Under the pieces are notes generated by a model that saw nothing but the letters and a program-made list of their open reading frames with translations, had not been told where the DNA came from and ran no database searches. A program made the position numbers and the translations under genes. Positions 1 through 10,600 of a DNA stretch of 64,000 bases are shown here, piece after piece. Within the stretch, counting starts at the first letter, position 1; each line of letters begins with the position of its first letter. Origin of the DNA: the human T2T-CHM13v2.0 reference genome, Homo sapiens; NCBI RefSeq assembly GCF_009914755.1, contig NC_060932.1. The stretch is one strand, 5' to 3'.

Positions 1-117
1 GAGTATAAAATAAGTTCATCTTAGGATCAGTGGAGAAAGTAGAAATACTGAGTAGCATTTTCTTTTTGTTCCCATTGTAACGTAGGGCATGGGGTGGTTA
101 ATTTATTTTCATATAAA

Positions 118-664
118 TGTCAGAGGCATTTGAACCAGAGCAACTCCATCTTGAATAAGGGCTCGGTAAAATAAGGCTGAGACTTACTGGGCTGCATTCC
201 CAGACGGTTAGGGATTCTGAGTCACAGGATGAGATAGGAGGTTGGCACAAGATACAGGTCATAAAGACCTTGCTGATAAAACAGGTTGCAGTAAAGAAGC
301 TGGCTAAACCCCACCAAAACGAAGATGGCAACAACAGTGATCTCTGGTGGTTCTCACTGCTACACTCCCACCAATGCCATGACAGTTTACAAATGCCATG
401 GCAACATCAGGAAGTTACCCTATATGATTTAAAAAAGGGAGGCGTGAAGAATCAACCCCTTATTTGGCATATAATCAAGAAATAACCATAAAAATGGGCA
501 ACCAGCAGCCCTCAGGGCTGCTCTGTCTATGGAGTAGCCATTCTTTTATTCCTTTGCTTTCTTAATAAACTTGCTTTCACTTTACTCTATGGACTCACCC
601 TGAATTCTCTCTTGCATGAGATTCAAGCACCCTCTCTTGGGGTCAGGAACTGTTTCCAGTAACA
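118..664 (+). mobile_element. Solo ERV1 LTR, MER41A-like
   Basis: Starts TGTCAGAGGCATTTGAACCAGAGCAACTCCATCTTGAATA, ends ...CAGTAACA; internal AATAAA at ~565; 4-bp TSD TAAA (114-117 / 665-668); 547 bp. Confidence 0.88.
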
Positions 665-1888
665 TAAAGAACATACTTTGTCCATGATTATGAAGCTTGT
701 TTACTCTCCAGAATACTTTACAGATATACATCCATGGCAACATGCATATATTGCTAGACAGATAGGTAGATATATAGATACAGAGAATTGATTTTAAAAT
801 TAACCTCTGAAAACCATAAGTAATGAATTGTGGAAAGAGTTAATTGCTGCTAATTAATTGGAATCTTGATTTTTTTAAATGTGAGATTCAAATTTATCTA
901 ACAGTATTTTATCTGTTCATTTTGTTTCATTGTGCTCTTCATCATACCTTTAACCAATGCCATGTTTCTTAAAAATACTTATGACAGACCAATCATATAC
1001 TCTGGTCCTGCTTTAAGTAGCATTTTTATAGCAGACATGTTTACCCTTAAAATACTGAAAATTGCATGCCTCATTATATCAGTATTTAAAAAATTTTAAG
1101 AATATATTATTTAAATTTTATTACTTATTTGGAGTAAATGAGATAAAATAGCTTGTGGGGCATTATACTAATTGAAAGATTTCTATTAGTCTTCATTACT
1201 TAATTTTAGAAAAATAAAGAAATAACTAACATTAAAGGGCTATAAAATTCAAGCAATCAGTGCAGATATTTTTCTGCACTGCTATTTGGAAATTTGATGA
1301 AAGGCAATCTCTAACGTCTCTTAATGTCTTTAAGATGTTATGATCTTCAGTTCACCAGGTTTTGCCTTGCAAAATGGCACTTGCAATTTTTTAAATGATG
1401 CTTTATTTTTTAAATGACGTAATTTTAAAAAATCGTGCTTCCTGCATGAAAACTTCCCAGATCTTAAGTATTTATTTAATTAAACTTATAAAATGAGAAT
1501 AATACATGCAAAATGTTAGTTTTCAAGTGCTTGACATGTATTTCTTCATTTAGTGTTAAAAACCAAGTGAAGTATCCAGGGCAATTATTATTCTGAGAAG
1601 TTAGCCAACCAGCCTAGGGTAACAATACTTTAAAGGAAGCTCCAGATGTAAAATTGAACTTTTTTTGTAGTTTATTTGTTTGTTTTGTTTTGTTTTCCTA
1701 GCTGCTATAGACATGAGGTAGATGCTTGATTTTTTCCAAGGAAGGAAAATAATTTATATTACGGTGAAAATAGAACCCTCCCACCTCCACCCTCCAAATA
1801 TGAGTCAATGCAACTCCAACAGTGGCTTGGCCTTGAATTAGTATGGCTGCAGGGAGCCAAGGAAAGCAGGTTGAAGACAATAACTTTT

Positions 1889-3343
1889 CATGTTGAGTTG
1901 TTTGAGAACCTTATACATTCTGGATATTAGTTCTTTGGCAGATGCATAGTGTGTAAACATTTTCTCCCATTCTGTAGGTTGTCTCTTTATTGATTATTTA
2001 TTTTGCTGTCTAGAAGCTTTTTAGTTTAATTAAGTCTCATTTGTTTATTTTTGTTTTTGTTGCATTTGCTTTTGAGGTCTTAATCATAAATTCTTTACGT
2101 AGGCCAATGTCCTGAAGAGTTTTACTAGGCTTTCTTCTAGGATTTTTATAGTTTCAGGTCTTAGATATAAGTCTTTTAATTCATCTCGAGTTAATTTTTG
2201 TATATAGTGAGAGATAGGGTCTAGAAAAACAAATAACCCCATTAAAAAGTGAGCAAAGAACATGAGCAGACATTTGTCAGAAGAAAATACACAAGTGGCC
2301 AACAAACACAAGAAAAACGCAACATCACCAATCATTAGAGAAATGCAAATTAAAACAACAATAAGATACCGTCTCACACACATGGACACAGGGAGGCGAA
2401 CATCACACACTGGGGCCTACCAGGGAGTGGGGAGAAAGTGGAGGGAGAGCATTAGGACAAATACTTGATGCATGTGGGGCTTAAAACCTAGATGAAGGGT
2501 TGATAGGTGCAACAAACCACCATGGCACATGTATACTTATGTAACAAACCTGCACATTCAGCACATGTATCCCAGAACTTAAAGTAAAATAAAAAAGAAA
2601 AGAAAAAAGAAAGATACTGTTTCACACCAGTAAGAATGGCTATCACTAAAAAGTCAAAAAACAGATGTTAGTGAGGTTATGGAGAAAAGGGAATGCTTAT
2701 ACACTGCTGGTGGGAATGTAAATTAGTACAACCTCTATGGAAAATAATATAGACATTTCTCAAAGAAATAAAACCAGAATTACGATTGGACCCAGCAATA
2801 CCTGCCACTAGGTATCTACCCAAAGGAAAAAAAAAATGTTACATCAAAAAGACACCTGCATTTGTATGTTTATTGCAGCACTATTTACATTAGCAAAGAC
2901 GTGGAATGAACCCAGGTGTTCATCAATGGTGGATTTGATGAAGAAAACGTGGCATATATATATCACGGAATACTGTGCAGTCATAAAAAAAAAGAAATCA
3001 TATCTTTCAGAGCAACATGGATGGAGCTGAAGGCCATTATCCTGAATGAAATAACCCAGAAACAAAATCAAATGCCACATGTTCTCACTTATAAGTGGGA
3101 ACTAAACAATGGGTACACATGGACATACAGAGGAAAACAATAGGTAATGGGGACTCCAAAAGAGGGGAGGGTGAGAGGGGCAGTGAGGGTTGAAAAGTTA
3201 CCTACTGGGCACTATGTTCATTAGTCAGGTGATGCATATACTAGAAGCCCAAACTTCACCACTACGTAATATATTCATGTAGCAAATCTGCATATTTACC
3301 CACTGAATCTATGAGAAGTTTTATAAAGTATGCATATTTTAAA
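1889..3343 (+). mobile_element. 5'-truncated, 5'-inverted L1 (L1PB-like); inverted part ~1889-2221, sense part ~2222-3343
   Basis: ORF2 C-terminal remnants on both strands (ORFs 2084-2410 minus, 2262-2468 and 2836-3030 plus), L1 3'UTR, 15-bp TSD AAGACAATAACTTTT at 1874-1888 and 3344-3358. Confidence 0.88.
2380..2610 (+). mobile_element. Younger L1PA 3' end (L1PA7/8-like) nested inside the L1 above
   Basis: L1PA 3'UTR plus A-rich tail; 17-bp TSD AAGATACCGTCTCACAC (2363-2379) / AAGATACTGTTTCACAC (2611-2627). Confidence 0.85.
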
Positions 3344-4084
3344 AAGACAATAACTTTTTTCACATAAAATATTACATAAATACTCACTACCTACACAGTC
3401 TGAATAACTATAGGTATAAACAGCTGAAATTTGTCAGGTATAAATGAAGGAAAGGACAACTGAGCCAAAGGGAATAATGTGTGAGAAGGCACAGAGGCGG
3501 GAAAGAATAAAGTGTGCTATGGGAAGAGTAAAGGATGCTCTGTAGCTGAAGCAGAAGGTGGGCAAATTTGGGAGGAAAGGCTGGGATAAGGCTGAAAAGT
3601 AAGTAGGCACCGAGGTTTCTGAAAACTCCTGAATGCCATTTAGAGGAGTTTGAATTTCACCTTAAAAAACTTGTTATTCAAATAATATGTCAAAGGAGTT
3701 TTAAGCTTTGTCGGAATTATATGATTTTTATTGTTTAGATTCTATTAGTTTCCATTAATTATGTTAGATGAATGCATTTTGTGCATAACTGGTCACATAT
3801 GGTTGAAAAGGTTTACTTTGACTCCCACTATGGGAAGAGTAAATGGTGATTAGATTACACAGCTCAAACAGCTGAAGAAAAGGGTGAATGCTGTGAGCAT
3901 TAATTTTTATCCTACATAAGCAGGATGTGTCCTTCATTTAAGTGATGTCTGCAGGTTAGCACCTATGCTTTATGACATGCAAAGAGGCACTGTTTATGGC
4001 CAACAAGGAACAAGGATTATTTAGGGTAGCTGGTTGCCCAGAGAGAAATTAGATGAAATGAATAAGGCCAGAGAAGGGCACTAA

Positions 4085-4230
4085 CTTTGCTGAGTGCTAA
4101 CTTCATTGGCCTAGTCAGTTGCCTTACATATAGCATCTCGTTTAAGCCTCACGAGAACCCTGCAAGGGGGGTTATTTTCTCCATTTCAAAGATGAGGTGA
4201 ATGGGGTCAAAGAAAAATTTAAGCAAATGG
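4085..4230 (-). mobile_element. MIR fragment
   Basis: Diverged MIR core (tttaagcctcacgagaaccctgcaagg...ccatttcaaagatgagg). Confidence 0.6.
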
Positions 4231-7200
4231 CCACCTAAATGCTTCTGAAATGTCAAAGCAAAATTTCACCTGTTATTTCTATAAGCAAATGCCATCAAGT
4301 TATTGAAAACTGAAGTTGAGCATTTAAATTTGATCCTAAAAAAATCATAAAGTTTAAGGAACTTTCCTCCATTTAAGGTGTTATTAATATATTTTAAGAG
4401 AAGAATTTGTTTTTGAAAGAAAATAGTTTGCATTTGCTGACCCTGATGATGAAATCTTGCTGCACAGATTTGGGAGGACTTCGTCTTTGGATTCATGCTC
4501 CTACTCTCAAATAAAGTGACTACCTTAGGTTGATACATTCCAGGGAGGGAGACCAGTTGGGACAAGGCCTAGGCTGCTCTCCTACAAATTTGCCATGAAC
4601 AGGAGCCAAACTCTAAGACCTGATTCAAGTGGCCCAGCTGTCACTGGTGACACACTCAGGGGCTGGGCCTATCATGTTCTTATACAACCTAGTGAGTCAA
4701 GCTTTGGAAAATAACATTGTCAGGGAAGAACGTAAAAGTTACGTTATTTGTGACAGTTCAGTAGATTAATCAACAATTTTAATTTTTATCAGCCATTTTC
4801 ACCTTTCTATGCCAGAACTTGTTTCATAAAAATGAAAATGTAATAGAAAGTGCATGCCTCTATAATATGTAAAATATCTAGGCAAAATTTTGCAATTACT
4901 TTGTGGGCAATTTCTCACTCTTTTTTTTTTTTTTTTTTTTGTAGTGCAATAGAAATGCCAAATGGTAACTTGTAGAAGATTTGAGTTAGTTATATTACCT
5001 GATACCTTGCAAAACAAAATGCCAAGTCATGAGTAAAATATAGTTAAATTTTATATCCTTAGCTCTTCAAGTTTATAATGTTAACGTACAATCCTAGATG
5101 AAACTTCTATATTGGACACTATTTCCCCACCAATAACTTTTGTTTATTTAAATATTTTCCTCTCTCTTACTCTCTCTTTCTCTCTTTCTCTATATGTGTA
5201 CAGTCATTTCCTACAAATTGCCCAATATATCAACTTTTCAGTAATGGCACTGTGAGAAATGCTGCCAATATGCTAGGAGATAATTTGTAGTTAATCATTG
5301 CTCACTCTTTTTTTTTTCTGGCATTATTTAACTCAGTGTATACCTAACAGTTTTCTTTTTCAGGTGAACTCCAGAAATCTCAAAGTCTTGAACACACAGT
5401 TTAGAATTATCTGTTTATTGACAGAGAATTTTGAAATGTATAGGCAAACATGCTGGAATAAATCAACTAAGATGCAGATAGTAAATTTGCCGATGAGGTT
5501 TTTGAAAAATGTATTTGCAGAAAAATTTAGATAAAGTTTCTGAAAAACTTACTATGGCCTAAAATTACATGACTTAATATAAATTGTCTTGAAATTCCAA
5601 TTTCTATTAACTTCTTATGGGAAAGTATAATGCAATACAAATCGTAATTTTAAAGGCTGCACATCTAAAGCTATTAAATATTTCACTTTGCAAAGTTTAC
5701 CTAGCATTTATTTGAAATTATGTGCTATTGTGCGCGTTTAAAATTAATCATAAATAGCACTTTTTTTAAAAAAGGTATCCCTCTATGCATAAATAATAAC
5801 AACATGATGAATTTCTAGATCGTTCTTGGTATAAATGTTATTGTCTTCTCTGTATGATTACTATATCAAATAACATGAAATTTATTTGCCAATCTTCTAA
5901 CCACTCATACCAGAAAAAGAATATTGTAATGATTGAGTGGATTGGTTTACTCATACAAATAATTATACATTTTATAAGAACTACAAAACATCTCCATTAA
6001 CCACTGCAGTCTTTCTGATCAAACAGTGACAGATAGGAGCTGAGAGTTTAAGGGCATTTGTTTACTATGTTTGCTTGGATTTTCCGAACTGCCTTAGTTC
6101 CTGATTCCACACTGCTATTGTGTGGATCAAATAATCCCTTGTCACAAAAATACCCTGGGGAATGACTCCCCTGGCGTCCAGGTTATGAGTGTGGTCAGTC
6201 ATTCCACATGCCTTAGGGATGAGCTATCTGTGCCATGACGAGCGATTTCCTTTTCGAGTTTTGTAATCCCCAAATACTAAATACTATTATCAATAAAAGT
6301 TAATTAAGGAAATGTATATCGAAATATTGTTCAAGATAGCACTGAAATTAGGTTTATCTTTCCTCATTGTCTTAAAAAATTATTACTGAATTAAAACAGG
6401 AGAAATTTTACAATATACTCTTAAAATTGTAAATATCTACTACTGACCTCTTTGATATGAACCATAACCAGACATTTAAAAATATACTTTTGTCATGTAG
6501 ACACACTAGATATGCCACTTTTATTCTCCTTTGCATGGTTCAATGTATAAGAAAACAACTTAGTAGGGGGAGAAAAAAATTAAAAGCCATTCTGTAAATC
6601 TTTCCCTCTTTCTTTTCTTGCAATCTCTCATTGTATCTTGGAGAGCAAGACCACAGGTTTTAAGAAATATGACTCATTTTATGTTAGTGGCCTTCCAATA
6701 CTTCAGAATATTCTTGATTTTTCATGAACAGAGGTACAGCTCAGGGAGTGTGGCTAAATCAGTCCCAGTCTCCAGCTCCGCGTGAACCTGGGATCCAGAC
6801 ATCTCCTGGATATCTGGCGCTCTCTGAGATCCAGCCCTCGGTTTCCTGCAAGCCAAAAGGATCCGCTAGGTTGGGAAATGCCGCCTGGTGCGATTCCAGA
6901 AAGGGCCATCTCTTTAAGGATAACGGACTTGGAGGGCCTCTTCACCCTCTCACCCTGCTCCGGACCCTTTCTTCCCATCCTTTGCTCCTAGGATTTTACA
7001 TGTTGCCTGCAAAGGGAGTCAAACTTAGGGGGCAGGCAAACAAACGAGTTCTTTCCAGCCTCTGTAACCGGATCGCTAGAGCGAAATAAACTCGCACAAG
7101 TGTCCAGAGATCGTAGCCAGACAGCCAGCCTGCGCTTGAAGCAACTTTTAAGTGAGGCTGCAAGAGCCGCCGGGATGTAGATTTTAGTTCGTGGCCAAGC

Positions 7201-7430
7201 ACAACTACGACACCCTGTCCCTGCCCCCACCCCATCCCCAAGAATGCATGGAGGAAGGAGAGAGGACGAGGTGAGGGCCGCCTGCATTTCTGCACGTCGG
7301 CGCCGGTTAGAAACCCTGCAGTTTTGAGAGAGAAGAAGAGGAGATGGAGGGGCCAGGAGCCACGACTCCCGGGAGAGCGCAGGGAGGGGCGTGGGTGCCC
7401 CTTCGCCCACCTCCGCCCCCGTCACCTCGA

Positions 7431-7564
7431 CAGCTGTCCCGCTCTTGGAATTCATTGGCTTCCTCTACCCGGCCTCCCAAACACCACCCCAATCTAGTTT
7501 AGCCCCCCGCCCCACCCTCGCTGACCTAATAAGGCCATGCAGTGTGCGGGGGAGCTACATAAAA
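7431..7564 (+). promoter_or_regulatory. CA3: CA3 proximal promoter: E-box CAGCTG (7431-7436), CCAAT boxes (ATTGG 7454-7458, CCAAT 7489-7493), CArG box CCTAATAAGG (7525-7534), TATA-like CATAAAA (7558-7564)
   Basis: Motifs read directly; the CArG matches CC(A/T)6GG (SRF); consistent with muscle expression of CA3. Confidence 0.75.
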
Positions 7565-7639
7565 GCGCGGGCTCGCGGCGACTCTGCACCACGCAGGGGA
7601 AGAGAAAGCAGGAGCCGTCCAGCACGGAGGAAGGCGACC

Positions 7640-7673
7640 ATGGCCAAGGAGTGGGGCTACGCCAGTCACAACG
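7640..7673 (+). CDS. CA3: CA3 coding exon 1
   Basis: gcgaccATGG Kozak; [12 protein letters not shown]; donor GTGAGT at 7674. Confidence 0.98.
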
Positions 7674-10600
7674 GTGAGTGCAGGCAGCCGCGACCCGGCC
7701 AGGAAGGGATGCCAGTCCAGGAGAGCCCTGCCATTGCACAGAAATGGGCAACTTTAGAGACTGCAGTGGAAAATGTAGGAGTAGAATAAGACCTAACATT
7801 TACTGAGGCTTTTCAACTGCCAAATGCTGCTGCTTCTTTTTTTCCTTCATCTCATTTGGTTCTCCCTAGTATGGAGTTTTTATTTCCCTTGGAGAAAACT
7901 GAAGTGCAGAGAAGTTGGATCACTTGCCTAAGATCCCATTGCCTCTGAGAAGTCAGACAGCCCGAGGTCAGGTGTGACTGGCCCTTATTCTGTTTTACTG
8001 GACAAGCACCTAACCTGAGCTTGGTGCCGGTGTGAGAATCTCTGCTCTGCCTAAGCTTCTCCCTAATCCAAGGCAAAGGAACATGGGTGTGCTCTGAAAC
8101 CCACAACACAATGCTCAAATGTAGGTGGTCAATATTATTTTATTCCAACTCTATGATGGAAGGTGTCATTGGTTAAAAAAAAATGTGATAAAGTTTATCT
8201 GAAAAATAAGCCTTTGAGCAGGCAGAGTGAACACACTGAGTTAAATAGTCTCCATGTGTGCTATTCACAAAACTACCAACAGGCCTGAAATGAATGCTAA
8301 GTCTCTTATTGCCCAGTCTGAAACCTAAGACCTTTTTGAAATCACTGTCTAGCCTCTCTGTATTTTGCTGGTTTAGTCAATTAGAAAGAGGCCTTGGGTT
8401 GTGCCACCAAATAAATACATCTCCTCGACTTTATTTCCTAGGTCCTGACCACTGGCATGAACTTTTCCCAAATGCCAAGGGGGAAAACCAGTCGCCCATT
8501 GAGCTGCATACTAAAGACATCAGGCATGACCCTTCTCTGCAGCCATGGTCTGTGTCTTATGATGGTGGCTCTGCCAAGACCATCCTGAATAATGGGAAGA
8601 CCTGCCGAGTTGTATTTGATGATACTTATGATAGGTCAAGTAAGTATGACAATGAGGTAGAATCACATGGATGTTTTCAAGGTCCATATTGACAAAATGT
8701 GGTTTATGACACAGTACCAGAATTAATGGGGAGAGGGAGCACTTTATCTTTTAAAATGCAGATGACATTTGACTTTGCTTTAGTCATGAATAATTATATT
8801 TATGTATTGAAGAGGAATGTCACACCCTCCAAACTTGGTCTCTGTGAAAACGGCCCCATGTCCAAGCTAAAAGTTGGCAATGCATTCCCGAAATGGAACA
8901 CGATAGGACAGAGATGACAATAAACTCAAATGAGTATTCTTCAGACTCCGATGGCCTATACCTGAGGGTTCTTGTGCTTCTTGTCCATGGTCTGGAGAGC
9001 CAGGCTTCCACTCTCAATTGCATAGATTCCATTCTACAAAGCCAGATATACAATAGAAACCCTAAATAGGCACTTTCTTCCCTTGGTGCCTGGGAGGTGA
9101 CCAATCTAGGGGAGAGAACAGGGCCACTGAAGGTGTCAAGATGACTTGCCTTCAAGCCTTCAGTGGGGTTCATCTGATTAATCATTTGGGTGAGTATTTT
9201 TGAAATATCTGACAATTTCTTCTTGAGTAGTAGTTTGTGTGTGAGACAGCGACTGAAAGATACATGTTTAGAAAAAACAAATCTCTTTATTTCACCTACA
9301 CTAGTAAGCAAATCAGTATAATAAAAGAAGACTAGTCAGAAATACTTTATTTCACGATAAATGAGGTAAGAAAGAATCTTCCTTTAATATTTTGGTGCTT
9401 GATATACAGCAAAATAATTCCTTATAGCCCCATCTCTAATAAAGTTATATTTATTGATATACATAAATGAACATTCTTAATGATTTTGTAATGAAGAATG
9501 ATATTCATAATTCCTACCTACCAGGAGGTTCCAAGTTACAGAAATTTAAATTTTCTTAAACAGTGGTTTCGTATTGCTATTGTTTCCTTTTTTCCCCTTC
9601 TCCTTATATATCAAGTACCATTTTGAAAGCAACATAACAAAATTAAACATATCTATTAGGTTGAACCATATGAAAATGCCATTTTTGTGTGCAAAAATAG
9701 TTGAATATTGTCAATTTCATATAGTTTCTTCTAATAAATTGGACTCACATGTCCCTATAATAACTGTTCTGAGTGGTTGGACAGGAAAAATGCAATGAAT
9801 TGAACCACTCCATTTCTACCTGAACAAACTCATATAGGCCTAGCCTCATTGTTTGAGGTCTATATTTATGGCTTTCCCTGGGCCACTTAGTGTGGGCAAC
9901 CTCTTCTAAAATAGCTATGCTCTGAATTCTATTTTGATCTAGCTTATATTGCCAAATCTTGATCTTAGGGTTTCTGCATAGTTTCCAATATACTTTGGAA
10001 GACATTTGAACCTCTAAATCACTCTGCAATGGGTTGAGATGTTTATCAACAAGCCCAAATTAATGCTGCTGAGAATTATCTAGTTTAATCATCCACATTG
10101 ATTGGTTTTCTGGGAAATTTCTGAATTTTCCATTTCATCTCATTTGAATAGACACAGTCTAAATTAGACGTAGATGAAAGTTTTTGCTCGTTGTCTTGAA
10201 GAAAAGTGTAGTTGGAAGCAACACGTGGAGAAGGAATTCACATCTGCTCAGTGATCATCATGCAGGCACTATGATGAGCACTTTAAGGTGCTTAATCTCA
10301 GTTAATCTTCACAGCAGCTCTGAAAGTTTGGTATTATTATCACCTTCTTAGAGATGTGAAAGTGGGTTCAGAGAAGTTTAGCAACTTGCCTGAGACCACA
10401 GAACTAGCAAGGGGTGAAGCCAGCATTGGAAACCTACCTCCACCTGGTTCTCAACTGTCCAGTTCTTCCCACTGCACCACACTACTGACTTGTTCTTTGG
10501 GTGTATGCATCCTCATTGTCTATCTGTTGTTTTAATTTTGCTTTCCTAAATGTTAAAATGATGTTTCAATAATAATGAAACAAGCAAACAAAATAAGAAA

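Larger units (their letters stand above)
6770..7720. promoter_or_regulatory. CA3: CA3 promoter CpG island
   Basis: Sharp rise in GC and CpG density against an AT-rich background, spanning exon 1; boundaries approximate. Confidence 0.8.

Noticed and set aside
6793-6816. Short hairpin ccagacatc...gatatctgg
   Set aside because: Imperfect 9-bp stem, expected by chance
6724-7799. Several 60-155 aa ORFs upstream of CA3
   Set aside because: Same CpG-island effect; no recognisable protein
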